A DNA stretch of 62,869 nt, the filler included, from Octopus bimaculoides (lineage: Eukaryota): assembly GCF_001194135.2 (NCBI RefSeq). It is 3 parts of 3 records of this genome, joined end to end, with 100 filler letters (N's around TTAATTAATTAA, not from the genome) between each part and the next. Parts side by side here need not be neighbours in the genome. Positions count along the whole stretch, not along the records: positions 1 to 23,978 come from NC_068998.1; 2 more parts are not named here. The stretch is one strand, 5' to 3'. How positions within the stretch are numbered: position 1 is the first letter of the stretch; each line of letters begins with the position of its first letter. The notes below the pieces were generated by a model. The model worked only from the letters and a program-made list of their open reading frames with translations, was not told where the DNA came from and did not search any database. The translations under genes and the position numbers were made by a program. Positions 1-11,175 of the stretch are shown here, in pieces.

Positions 1-32
<32 letters not shown>
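1..32. repeat. (AT)n microsatellite
   Basis: Direct dinucleotide run at the window start. Confidence 0.95.
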
Positions 33-37
<5 letters not shown>

Positions 38-53
38 TATATAATAATAATAA

Positions 54-455
54 GGGTAAAATCATAAATGATTTTTACCAAGTGGTCAGCATGGAAATTA
101 AACCTCGTAGGTAAATTTATATAAATATTTTATAATTATATATAGATAATTATAACAAGGGCTTGGCTTGTGCCTCACCACATGTTGAGAAATAGATGTC
201 AAAAGACACTATTGCCACCATAAAATTCTCTGAGAAAAACACACTACATATAGGCCAGTAGAAGAAAGAAAATGAATTACAAACTTTGGTTAACCGCATA
301 CATGATCATGTTTCAGGCTTAAAGTAATAAAAAAACTTTACTTTTTGCCTTCATCAGCGCCGGTATACCCAGCCATATAAATACGAGTGGCTATGTGTGG
401 TGCAAGCCAAGCCCTTATTATAATTATGTATATTATGAATTGTGGATTAACCTAC
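54..455 (-). mobile_element. Non-autonomous Penelope-like/retrozyme-like element bounded by inverted repeats, containing a hammerhead ribozyme
   Basis: Inverted repeat 146-170 (ataattataacaagggcttggcttg) vs 403-427 (caagccaagcccttattataattat) matches at 24/25, with imperfect extension outward. HHR lies between the arms. There is also a terminal hairpin ggtaaaatcat-aa-atgatttttacc at about 55-79. The family assignment is inference from the HHR plus inverted-repeat architecture; outer boundaries are approximate. Confidence 0.55.
293..364 (-). ncRNA. Type I hammerhead ribozyme, intact core
   Basis: Minus strand reads ACCGGCG-CUGAUGA-AGGC-AA-AAAGUAA-loop-UUACUUU-AA-GCCU-GAA-ACAUGAUCAUGU-A-UGCGGU. 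Core boxes are CUGAUGA (357-351) and GAAA (314-311). Stem II is 4+7 bp, stem III is a 12-nt palindrome, the cleavage triplet is GUA (301-299), and stem I is 6 bp with one bulged G. Confidence 0.8.
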
Positions 456-574
456 TAAACAGAGGATTCCAAGGTAACAAACACAAACCAAGACAGGAAA
501 AATTAGAGACTGATAAAAATAAATATCAGACATTTTAAAGAATTAAGTACTCAGGTTGATTTCTTCAACTAAAC

Positions 575-874
575 CAATGGTTCTCAACGTGGGTCCATAT
601 GGCCCTTGGAGTTTCACAAGGCCCTTGGAGAGTGGAGAGAGGGTCCATGTGAGATTTTGTTGCTAAAATTTATGTGTAACAAATTGGCTATACTTCAACT
701 GTTCACAAAATATTTTAAGTTTTCTTTTATATTATTCCTCAAAATATTTAATTTATAATTAAATATTTTTATAAAATATAATAGGATTTTTAACCATCAA
801 ATGGCTATGTGGGTCCATCCAAATAAAATAGGAATCAAAGGGGGGCATAGGTAAAAGATGGTTGAGAGCAACTG
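575..874. mobile_element. hAT (Charlie-type) MITE
   Basis: TIR caatggttctcaac / gttgagagcaactg (11/14). Decayed 8-bp TSD aactaaac / gattagac. Confidence 0.6.
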
Positions 875-1185
875 GATTAGACCCTTCAAGGAGCTGCACC
901 AGCATGGTTGTTGTCCAAACATTTGATAAAAAGAAAACAATAATAAAAGCGAATATAAAATACAAATATGGGTGACAAAAGAGATGACATAACCATTTAA
1001 ACTGAACAAGAACATCCTAACTCCTGCTGCATTCTTGGTTTGGCATGTATCTCCTTTAAATTCTATTGATATTCAGTGGGATTAGAATGTTATCTCTTGT
1101 GGAATTTGATCACAGAATGCAGAGAGATAAAACTATGATACTGTATGACATGCCATTTGGTGATTTCCTGTTGTGCATCCACTCA

Positions 1186-2150
1186 TTGTTATTGTCATTA
1201 TTGTCAATTTTGCTGGTCGCTGTCAATGTTGCCAGTCATTGTCAATGTTGCTGATTGTTGTCAATATTGCTGGTCGCTGTCAATGTTGCTGATTGTTGTC
1301 AATTTTGCTGGTCGCTGTCAATGTTGCCTGTCATTGTCAATGTTGCTGGTTGTTGTCAATGTTGCTGGTCGCTGTCAATGTTGCCAGTCATTGTCACTGT
1401 TGCTGATTGTTGTCAATTTNNNNNNNNNNATGTTGCTGATTGTTGTCAATTTTGCTGGTCGCTGTCAATGTTGCCTGTCATTGTCAATGTTGCTGGTTGT
1501 TGTCAATGTTGCTGGTCGCTGTCAATGTTGCCAGTCATTGTCACTGTTGCTGATTGTTGTCAATTTTGCTGATCGCTGTCAATGTTGCCTGTCATTGTCA
1601 CTGTTGCTGGTTGTTGTCAATTTTGCTGGTCGCTGTCAATGTTGCCTGTCATTGTCACTGTTGCTGATTGTTGTCAATTTTGCTGGTCGCTGTCAATGTT
1701 GCCTGTCATTGTCACTGTTGCTGATTGTTGTCAATTTTGCTGGTCGCTGTCAATGTTGCCAGTCATTGTCAATGTTGCTGATTGTTGTCAATTTTGCTGG
1801 TCGCTGTCAATGTTGCCAGTCATTGCCAATGTTGCAGGTTGTTGTCAATTTTGCTGGTCGTTGTCAATGTTGCTGGTCATTGTCAATGTTGCTGGTCATC
1901 GTCAACTTTGCTGGTCGTTGTCAATGTTGCTGGTCATTGTCAATGTTGCTGGTTGTTGTCAATTTTGCTGGTCGCTGTCAATGTTGCTGGTCGTTGTCAA
2001 TGTTGCCAGTCATTGTCAATGTTGCTGGTCGTTGTCAATTTTGCTGGTCGTTGTCAATGTTGCCAGTCATTGTCAATGTTGCCATTTGTTGTCAATGTTG
2101 CTGGCTTTTGTTAATGTTACCAGTCATTGTTGTTGTTGTTATTATTGCTG
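1186..2150. repeat. Minisatellite with a 19-bp monomer arranged as a 57-bp higher-order repeat
   Basis: Units tgctggtcgctgtcaatgt / tgcctgtcattgtcactgt / tgctgattgttgtcaattt recur in order. The array fades into (GTT)n at its ends. This explains the Cys-rich 19-aa repeat ORFs. Confidence 0.92.
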
Positions 2151-2157
2151 TCAAAAG

Positions 2158-2590
2158 CAGGAAGCTGGCAGAATTATCATCATGCTGGACAAAATGCTTA
2201 GCAGCATTCTTTTCTTCTGGTTCTTTATGTTCTGAGTGAATAGATGAAAAGCTAAGTCGTCCTCAGCAGAATTTGAACTCAGAATGTAGCGGCAGATGAA
2301 ATACCGGTAAGCATTTCGCCCGGCATGCTCACATTTCTTCCAACTCACTGCTGTCCAATGTAAATATTGTAAGAGAAATATTGATTTCAAGCTTTGGCAC
2401 AAGGCCCGCAATTTTGGGGAAGGGGGTAAGTCGTTTACATCAATCCCAGTGTCCAAATGGTACTATTTTATAGACCCTGAGAGGATAAAAGGCAAAGTTG
2501 ACCTCAGTGGAATTTTAATACAGAACAAAGATGGATGAAATGCCGCTAAGCATTTTTTCCTGGTGTACTAACAATTCTGCCAGGTTGCTA
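2158..2590. mobile_element. Cluster of SINE-B fragments (one plus-strand head, two minus-strand copies)
   Basis: Matches other copies in the window: gaagctggcagaa...aaatgcttagc head, and reverse-complement gaatttgaactcagaa / aaaggcaaagttgacctc blocks. Confidence 0.8.
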
Positions 2591-2614
2591 CTTTCATCTG
2601 AATGGAAATATTAA

Positions 2615-2859
2615 TGTGTGTTCATATGTGTATGTGTGCATGTGAGCATGTGTGTGTGTGTGTGTAATTGCATGTGTGTAGAAGTGTGGATGCTTGTTGT
2701 GTACATGTGTGCCTGTGTGTTCATCATTCTTATCTGCACCATCACTGCTATCATCATCGCCAACACATCATCATCATTGTCATCCTCATCATCCTCCTCC
2801 TCATCATCATCATCATCATCATCATCCTCATCATCATCATCATCATCATCCTCATCATG

Positions 2860-2891
<32 letters not shown>

Positions 2892-3008
2892 CCTCATCAT
2901 CCTCATCATCATCATCATCATCCCCACAACCACCACCATCATCACCAGCAGCAAACAGCAGCATCCTCATCAATCATCATCATCATCATCATCATCATCA
3001 TGATTAAT

Positions 3009-3039
<31 letters not shown>

Positions 3040-3040
3040 T
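2615..3040. repeat. Compound (GT)n/(CAT)n/(CAG)n microsatellite
   Basis: Direct repeats; source of the poly-His, poly-Asp, poly-Met and poly-Ser ORFs. Confidence 0.95.
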
Positions 3041-3662
3041 CAATGCAAGCTACAATTGGTCAGGGCTAACGACTTGACACCGCTCCATGTGATATCTGCA
3101 CCCCAACCACCCCCACCCNNNNNNNNNNNNNNNNNNNNNNNNNNNNNNNNNNNNNNNNNNNNNNNNNNNNNNNNNNNNNNNNNNNNNNNNNNNNNNNNNN
3201 NNNNNNNNNNNNNNNNNNNNNNNNNNNNNNNNNNNNNNNNNNNNNNNNNNNNNNNNNNNNNNNNNNNNNNNNNNNNNNNNNNNNNNNNNNNNNNNNNNNN
3301 NNNNNNNNNNNNNNNNNNNNNNNNNNNNNNNNNNNNNNNNNNNNNNNNNNNNNNNNNNNNNNNNNNNNNNNNNNNNNNNNNNNNNNNNNNNNNNNNNNNN
3401 NNNNNNNNNNNNNNNNNNNNNNNNNNNNNNNNNNNNNNNNNNNNNNNNNNNNNNNNNNNNNNNNNNNNNNNNNNNNNNNNNNNNNNNNNNNNNNNNNNNN
3501 NNNNNNNNNNNNNNNNNNNNNNNNNNNNNNNNNNNNNNNNNNNNNNNNNNNNNNNNNNNNNNNNNNNNNNNNNNNNNNNNNNNNNNNNNNNNNNNNNNNN
3601 NNNNNNNNNNNNNNNNNNNNNNNNNNNNNNNNNNNNNNNNNNNNNNNNNNNNNNNNNNNNNN

Positions 3663-3699
3663 GTCTATCTTTCTATCTATCTATTTAACTATCTATCTG

Positions 3700-3746
<47 letters not shown>

Positions 3747-3799
3747 CTATCTATCTATCTATCTACCAATCTGTCTATCTATCTATCTATCTATCTATC

Positions 3800-3834
<35 letters not shown>

Positions 3835-3945
3835 CTATCTATCTATCTATCTATCTCTTCCACATTTCTCATTTTTCTCTCTGCATTTTGTCTTTTGCTT
3901 TCCCCCCACCCTCACTGTCCACAAATATATTTTTGTCACCCCACA

Positions 3946-4002
<57 letters not shown>

Positions 4003-4600
4003 CCTGTTTTTTGTTTCCTCTCTATTTCTCTCCACTTCACCTCCCTCTCCTACATCTCTCTCCCTCTCCTGCATCTCTCCTTCTCTCTCTTTCACTTCTT
4101 CCTCTTCCCCTCGTTCTCTCTCTTTCTCTCTTTCCATTTCTTTTTCTTCCTCTCTTTCTTTCTCCCTCTTTTCACTTCTTTCTTGTCTTTTCTCTCTTTT
4201 CCTCTCTCCCCTCTCTCTTGTTTCCATTTCTCTGTCTTTTCTCTCTCTCTTTCTCTCTCTTTCTCTCTCTCTTTCTCTCTTTCTTTCTCCCTCTCTCTCC
4301 CTCTCTCTGTTCCTGAATTTCTCTTTCCACTTCTTCCACTGTCTCCCCTCTCTTATTTCCACATCTCTCCTTCTCTCTCTCTCTCTCTTTCTCTTTCCTT
4401 TCTTTTCCGTCTCCCCCCCCCCCATCTTTCTCCCCCTCTTCAAATATCTCTATTCCTATCTCTCTCTTTCAACTTCTACTCTCCCTCACTTCCACTTCTC
4501 TCTCGTTCTCTTTCTCGCTTTTCCCACTTCCTCTCTCTCTCTTTCTCTCTCTCCCTTTCCCTCACTCACTCTCCCTCTCCTCTATCTCTCTCTTTCTCAC
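3663..4600. repeat. (ATCT)n followed by a (CT)n-rich polypyrimidine tract
   Basis: Direct low-complexity sequence. Confidence 0.92.
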
Positions 4601-4902
4601 ACATACATCAACCACACATTTTCTTTTCTATTTCATTTTTTCCATCAAATCCTCCTCTGTTCCCATTCAACCCTTCTCATATCAAATACACTCACATCAG
4701 CCACCCACCAGAACATTCCTTCCCAATCACTGACTCATCTTCCACATTACTGGATCATACCATGAACCAACAAGGCAGATTCTATGTGGTTGCAAGAAGC
4801 AGCAGTCAAATCTCCCTCAAATTACACACTCTCATTTAAAAACAGCAGGGGTTACGTTGAATAATACAATCCTGTATTATTAACAGTAAAGGAAAAATGT
4901 CA

Positions 4903-5080
4903 CAAGTGTGGCTGTGTGGTAAGAAGTTCACTTTCCAAGCAGTTGATTCTGGGTTCAGTTCCACAGCATGGCACCTTGGGCAAGTGTCTTCTTCTATAGC
5001 CTCAGGCTGACCAAAGCCTTGTGAGGAGGTTTGGTTGATGGAAACTGAAAAAAGAAGCTCATTGTGTATATATATATATT
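4903..5080 (+). mobile_element. SINE-A, 5' part
   Basis: tggctgtgtggtaagaag...gggttcagttcc head, gcaagtgtcttc and gaaactgaaaaaagaagc blocks, ending in (TA)n. Confidence 0.85.
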
Positions 5081-5206
5081 AAGAAAGACGTTACTCTACT
5101 GAAAATTACAGAATAAATGTTTCAATTTAATATTTGATTGTTTTCATATATAACTTTACATGAAAATGAATATTTCAGTCTGCTCCAGCTCAGCTACTAA
5201 TCATTT

Positions 5207-5580
5207 GGAGGTGCGTGGCTTAGTGGTTAGGGTGTTGGACTCATGATTGTAGTAAGACTGTTGTTTCAATTCCTGGACCAGGTGATGTATTGTGTTCTTA
5301 AACAAAACACTTCATTTCATGTTGCTCCAGTCTACTAAGCTGGAAAAAAATGAGTAATCCTGCGATGGACTAATCATATGCTCACTGGGCAGCATGTAAG
5401 TGACAGAGATCACATCTTTCTTCCTGAACAGTATCCCAGTCCATCACAGGGTTATTCAGTTAAGTACACTGGAGCAATGTGAAATGAAGTGTTTTGCTTA
5501 AGAATATAATGCACCTGGAAACCAAAACCACAAACTTGTGATTGTAAGTGCCCCAACCTATTAGGTCATGCACCTTCACA
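5207..5580. mobile_element. SINE-C-type fragments (plus-strand head, then a minus-strand fragment)
   Basis: A-box-like tggcttagtgg, ttgtgttcttaaacaaaacacttcatttcatgttgctccag block, ctgcgatggact motif. Confidence 0.7.
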
Positions 5581-5740
5581 TATATGCTCCTAGCTGACAT
5601 TTTCCTTATACAATCAGAATTGTGTTCAACTTTCCCAACGAGTGCTCTGCTGTGACCTCAAAGAGCTTGGATCAATTCAACTTTGAAGATGGTAGTTCCA
5701 AGAAGGTTACTTAATAGTGAAGGAGTCACCTTAAAGGGTA

Positions 5741-6207
5741 TTAGTCGAAGAAATCGACCCCAGGAGTTATTCTTTGTAAGCCTAGTACTTATTCTATCAG
5801 TCTCTTTTGCCTAACCACTAGGTTACAGGGACATAAACACACCAGCATCGGTTGCCAAGTGATAGCGGGCGGAGGGACAAACACAAATACACACATGCAA
5901 ATATATACATGTATATATATACATACATACATATATATNNNNNNNNNNNNNNNNNNNNNNNNNNNNNNNNNNNNNNNNNNNNNNNNNNNNNNNNNNNNNN
6001 NNNNNNNNNNNNNNNNNNNNNNNNNNNNATATATATATATATATATACGATGGGCTTCTTCCAGTTTCCATCTACGCAATCCACTCACAAGGCTTTGGTT
6101 GGACTGAGGCTATAATAGAAGACACTTGCCCAAGGTGCCATGCAGTGGGACTGAACCTGGAACCATGTGGTTAGAAAGCAAGCTTCTTACCATACAGCCA
6201 CACCTGC
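5741..6207 (-). mobile_element. SINE-A, near full length, internal (TA)n gap
   Basis: Reverse complement of the copy at 35162-35556. Confidence 0.9.
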
Positions 6208-6559
6208 ACCTGTATGTTCAATCATCGTTTTAGATTCAAAGACTGATTCAACCACGAAAGAACAAATTGTAGCACCTGAAAGGGTTAAATTTTATACTTG
6301 TGAAGCTTGAATCCAGGGATTCTGGATGTGATGTCAGTTGTGTTTGACTGAAATTTGAATTCATGAAAATTAATTTGCATTTTAGATAAGTTTAACTTCA
6401 ACCAAACTTTTTGTCCATTTCCAAAATCTGTAACAAGTCGAACAGAATAATCTTGCCTCATCTAAAATATGACACTGTCCAAATACCAGAAATTTCTGTT
6501 AGCCTTACATTTCTTGATGGCATCAAAAAGCTTGAGAGGAATCAGAAAGGGATCTATAG

Positions 6560-6821
6560 CAGAGGCCCCAAACCGTTTTTGCACCATGGACTGGTTTCAT
6601 TCAAGACAATTTTTCCACAGACCAGGTTATCATGTAACTAACAAATAAAGTGCATAATATTAATTCAATTATTACATATATAAAACACACACACACAATG
6701 CAATAACACTTAGCAGATTGTGATGGTGAATAAAATTTGAAAATTTATTCTTTCTGTGGAGCCAAGTACAAATGGCTCCAAGGCCGGGTATTGATCTACT
6801 GATTGGTGATTGGAGACCCTA
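6560..6821. mobile_element. hAT (Charlie-type) MITE
   Basis: Termini cagaggccccaaac / gattggagacccta. 8-bp flanks atctatag / gtctagag (6/8), an NTCTANAG-like target. Confidence 0.6.
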
Positions 6822-7005
6822 GTCTAGAGGAATATCCTGTTGAACTCTCTCTTTTTAAAGCATAGCTTGAAAGTGAGGAAAATTTCGTATAAGCTTGAAA
6901 TACAAAATGAGGAAACTTAGGGGATCATTTTTAGGAATTGCCTCATAATGACATCATGGACTTTTTAAGATGTGTTTTGAAGATAACAATTTCTTAATAT
7001 TTTAG

Positions 7006-7219
7006 TTACTCTTTTACTCTTTTACTTGTTTCAGTCATTTGACTGTGGCCATACCGGAGCACCGCCTTTAGTCGAGCAAATCGACCTTAGTACTTATTCT
7101 ATCGGTCCCTTTTGCTGAACCGCTAAGTTACGGGGACGTAATCACACCACCATCGGTTGTCAAGCAATGTTGTGGGGAACAAACACAGACACACAAACAT
7201 ATACACACACATACACACA

Positions 7220-7263
<44 letters not shown>

Positions 7264-7515
7264 NNNNNNNNNNNNNNNNNNNNNNNNNNNNNNNNNNNNN
7301 NNNNNNNNNNNNNNNNNNNNNNNNNNNNNNNNNNNNNNNNNNNNNNNNNNNNNNNNNNNNNNNNNNNNNNNNNNNNNNNNNNNNNNNNNNNNNNNNNNNN
7401 NNNNNNNNNNNNNNNNNNNNNNNNNNNNNNNNNNNNNNNNNNNNNNNNNNNNNNNNNNNNNNNNNNNNNNNNNNNNNNNNNNNNNNNNNNNNNNNNNNNN
7501 NNNNNNNNNNNNNNN

Positions 7516-7554
<39 letters not shown>

Positions 7555-7716
7555 TACAACGGGCTTCTTTTAGTTTTCGTCTACCAAATCCACTCACAAG
7601 GCTTTGGTCGGCCCGAGGCTATAGTAGAAGACACTTGCCCCAGGTGCCATGCAGGGGGACTGAACCCAGAACCATGTGGTTGGTAAACAAGCTACTTACC
7701 ACACAGCCACTCCCGC
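7006..7716 (-). mobile_element. SINE-A, full length, young (CpG-retaining), expanded internal (CA)n/(TA)n
   Basis: Tail (ttactctt)n through head acacagccactcccgc. Confidence 0.92.
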
Positions 7717-7747
7717 GGTCATGTATAACATTCCACTACCTATAAAG

Positions 7748-7895
7748 GTAGCAAGCTGGCAGATTTGTTAGCATGCCAGGCAAAACGCTTAGTAGAATTT
7801 TATCACCCTTCACATTCTGAGTTCAAATCCCACTGCAATCAACTTACCCCATCCCACGAAATTGCTGGCCTTGTGTTAAAATTTGAAATCATTAT
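7748..7895 (+). mobile_element. SINE-B, degraded
   Basis: gcaagctggcagatttgttagc...ttctgagttcaaatc...aaattgctggccttgtg. Confidence 0.75.
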
Positions 7896-8299
7896 TTTAG
7901 TTCCTCATAAATATGCTGAGAGAGTGAAACACTAGTTCCATATCAGTATATTTGATGCTATTCTGAGTCTCACTCCATACACTGTGTTCTCACCCTCTTC
8001 CATTGCTATGTTCATTTCCACTTTGTGCCTATTTGCGGCTAGGTAGACTGTGTGAGCAAGAGTTAACTATTTCTGTAACCATGGACAAAGTTATAGATTC
8101 TACCCCAACTCTCCTCTCCTCTCGACCAACAGACAGTCTGTCTATCTATTGGCCAACAACTCATACAGCTGCCACACTTTTTCAATATTTTACCATTGAA
8201 TAAAAAAAAAACCAGTATCAAATTTGATGAATAATTATTTTTAGTAAATTAGTCATTTATAGTAACTTTGCCCTTCTTCTAAATTTAATAATGCAGTAT

Positions 8300-8343
<44 letters not shown>

Positions 8344-9625
8344 TCTCTCTGTCACACACACTCTCATCTCTGTCCTGTCTTCATTCAGAGGTCATGGATA
8401 ACATTCCACTAAATTTAGAACTAAATGGTATTTTCTCTATCCGACATGAAAGCAACAGAGGAATGGTTACAGAGTGCAAGCGAACATCTAAAATATAGAT
8501 AGGAGCTAAAAAAAAAAAAAGAAGAAATAAAAAAAAAACAAAAAAAAAAACAAGGAGAAAAATGAATAAAATAAATAAATGAATAAAAATATCAATCGAT
8601 TCCAATATCTAACAAAGAATGGAACACTTCAGTGAAAATCAAATTAAGCCACCATATGTTCGTAGTTGTGTGGAATAAATTCATTCAGAGAACTTTTTGA
8701 TCAAACATCGCTTGCCACTTTCTTCTCATCTGTTCCAACACCGTTACAAATACTGAAAAGTCTGCCGTGCGCTTATATTGCAATTTTGGAGCAAACATCA
8801 ATGCTGAAGGTGTCAAGAANNNNNNNNNNNNNNNNNNNNNNNNNNNNNNNNNNNNNNNNNNNNNNNNNNNNNNNNNNNNNNNNNNNNNNNNNNNNNNNNN
8901 NNNNNNNNNNNNNNNNNNNNNNNNNNNNNNNNNNNNNNNNNNNNNNNNNNNNNNNNNNNNNNNNNNNNNNNNNNNNNNNNNNNNNNNNNNNNNNNNNNNN
9001 NNNNNNNNNNNNNNNNNNNNNNNNNNNNNNNNNNNNNNNNNNNNNNNNNNNNNNNNNNNNNNNNNNNNNNNNNNNNNNNNNNNNNNNNNNNNNNNNNNNN
9101 NNNNNNNNNNNNNNNNNNNNNNNNNNNNNNNNNNNNNNNNNNNNNNNNNNNNNNNNNNNNNNNNNNNNNNNNNNNNNNNNNNNNNNNNNNNNNNNNNNNN
9201 NNNNNNNNNNNNNNNNNNNNNNNNNNNNNNNNNNNNNNNNNNNNNNNNNNNNNNNNNNNNNNNNNNNNNNNNNNNNNNNNNNNNNNNNNNNNNNNNNNNN
9301 NNNNNNNNNNNNNNNNNNNNNNNNNNNNNNNNNNNNNNNNNNNNNNNNNNNNNNNNNNNNNNNNNNNNNNNNNNNNNNNNNNNNNNNNNNNNNNNNNNNN
9401 NNNNNNNNNNNNNNNNNNNNNNNNNNNNNNNNNNNNNNNNNNNNNNNNNNNNNNNNNNNNNNNNNNNNNNNNNNNNNNNNNNNNNNNNNNNNNNNNNNNN
9501 NNNNNNNNNNNNNNNNNNNNNNNNNNNNNNNNNNNNNNNNNNNNNNNNNNNNNNNNNNNNNNNNNNNNNNNNNNNNNNNNNNNNNNNNNNNNNNNNNNNN
9601 NNNNNNNNNNNNNNNNNNNNNNNNG

Positions 9626-9901
9626 GTGGCAGTAGTGGTGGTGAGATGGTGGATGTAGTGGCAGTGGTGGTGGTGATGGTAGTGCTGGTAGCCGTGGTAG
9701 TGGTGGTATTAGTAGTAGTAGTAGTAGTGGTGGTGGTGGTGGTGGTGGTGGTGGTAGTAGTAGTAGTAGTGGTGGTGGTGGTGGTGACAGTGATGGTAGT
9801 GTTGGTAGCCGTGGCAGTGATAGTAGTAGTAGTAGGGGTAGTAGTAGTTGTGGTAGTAGTAGTAGTAGTAGTGGTAGTAGCAGCAGCAGCAGTAGTAGTA
9901 T
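9626..9901. repeat. (GTA)n/(GTG)n trinucleotide tract
   Basis: Direct repeats next to a gap. Confidence 0.93.
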
Positions 9902-10318
9902 GGGCGCATGCACTGTAACCATTTGTTGGTGATTCCCTATTCCTGGCGAATGACCCCTTTGCACCAATCAGGTGACAACCCTCCAACCAGAGCCAGTTTT
10001 AAGCCAATTAGACACATTTGTTCAAATTCGACCCCACTCCCCCAAGGTTAGAGTTTTAACACACACACTCGAGAAGGGGACACTATGATGAATCCTTAGT
10101 GCATCATTGTGGCTAATGGTGGAGCCTTGAACGCACAAAGCTTTTTGGCTGGGACAGATTAATCTGAATGCTAAAGGGTCAACATAGTCCCTTCTGTTGT
10201 AGGTATTCAGACCAGAGCTTTAGTTTAAGGATTACTTCTGCCTTTCCTCTAACCAGACTTTGTGACCCTGAAAAGGGCCACAGGCATTGTTGTTCCCATC
10301 TCATTCAACCATAACAGG

Positions 10319-10429
10319 TTTCAAATTTTGGCACAAGGCCAGCAATTTCAGGGTCAATAAAATAAGGACCAGTTGACCACTGGTAATTGACTTAGCCAGT
10401 AATTACTGGCCTTGTGCCAAAATTTGAAA
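10319..10429. repeat. Palindrome made of two opposed SINE-B tails
   Basis: 10319-10342 and 10406-10429 are a perfect 24-bp inverted repeat (tttcaaattttggcacaaggccag), extending inward to 29 bp with one mismatch. Confidence 0.9.
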
Positions 10430-10539
10430 TCATTGAGATGTAATTGAATATACACAACTAACGAGCAGTAGATGGACGATTATGATTATTTGGTTGCATC
10501 GCTTAGGATGCTGAGGAGAATGTCGACTGCAACAATGAT

Positions 10540-11175
10540 GTTAATGACAATGACAACAATGTGACAACAGTGATGACAATGACAACAACATTGATAACAA
10601 TGATNNNNNNNNNNNNNNNNNNNNNNNNNNNNNNNNNNNNNNNNNNNNNNNNNNNNNNNNNNNNNNNNNNNNNNNNNNNNNNNNNNNNNNNNNNNNNNNN
10701 NNNNNNNNNNNNNNNNNNNNNNNNNNNNNNNNNNNNNNNNNNNNNNNNNNNNNNNNNNNNNNNNNNNNNNNNNNNNNNNNNNNNNNNNNNNNNNNNNNNN
10801 NNNNNNNNNNNNNNNNNNNNNNNNNNNNNNNNNNNNNNNNNNNNNNNNNNNNNNNNNNNNNNNNNNNNNNNNNNNNNNNNNNNNNNNNNNNNNNNNNNNN
10901 NNNNNNNNNNNNNNNNNNNNNNNNNNNNNNNNNNNNNNNNNNNNNNNNNNNNNNNNNNNNNNNNNNNNNNNNNNNNNNNNNNNNNNNNNNNNNNAGGGGA
11001 GGAGGAGGGGAGGAGGAGGAATATGATGATGCAGAGGATGATGACGACTATGATGATGCAGAGGATGATGACGACTATGATGGTGACAACAAAGAAGATG
11101 ATAATGATGACAATATCAATAACAATGAAGGCATTTGATGATGATGATGATGATGATGATGGCAATGATGATGAT
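10540..11175. repeat. (GAT/GAC)n low-complexity tract with gap
   Basis: Direct repeats. Confidence 0.9.

Noticed and set aside
1145-2239. Cys-rich repeat ORFs as metallothionein- or keratin-associated-like genes, or the array as a CRISPR
   Set aside because: All frames are rotations of one 19/57-bp tandem unit. There are no unique spacers, no cas genes and no gene structure.
2611-3077. Poly-His, poly-Met/Arg and poly-Asp ORFs as beak His-rich proteins or reflectins
   Set aside because: They are pure (CAT)n translations open in most frames, with no reflectin (M/F-D-X5) or GHG-type motifs.
3847-4839. Long ER-rich and LS-rich ORFs
   Set aside because: They are translations of (CT/GA)n low-complexity DNA.
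8685-9986. 300-430-aa ORFs spanning N-runs (also at about 3.1, 7.1, 10.5, 34.1, 58.3 and 61.1 kb)
   Set aside because: Their length comes from X codons and flanking microsatellites.
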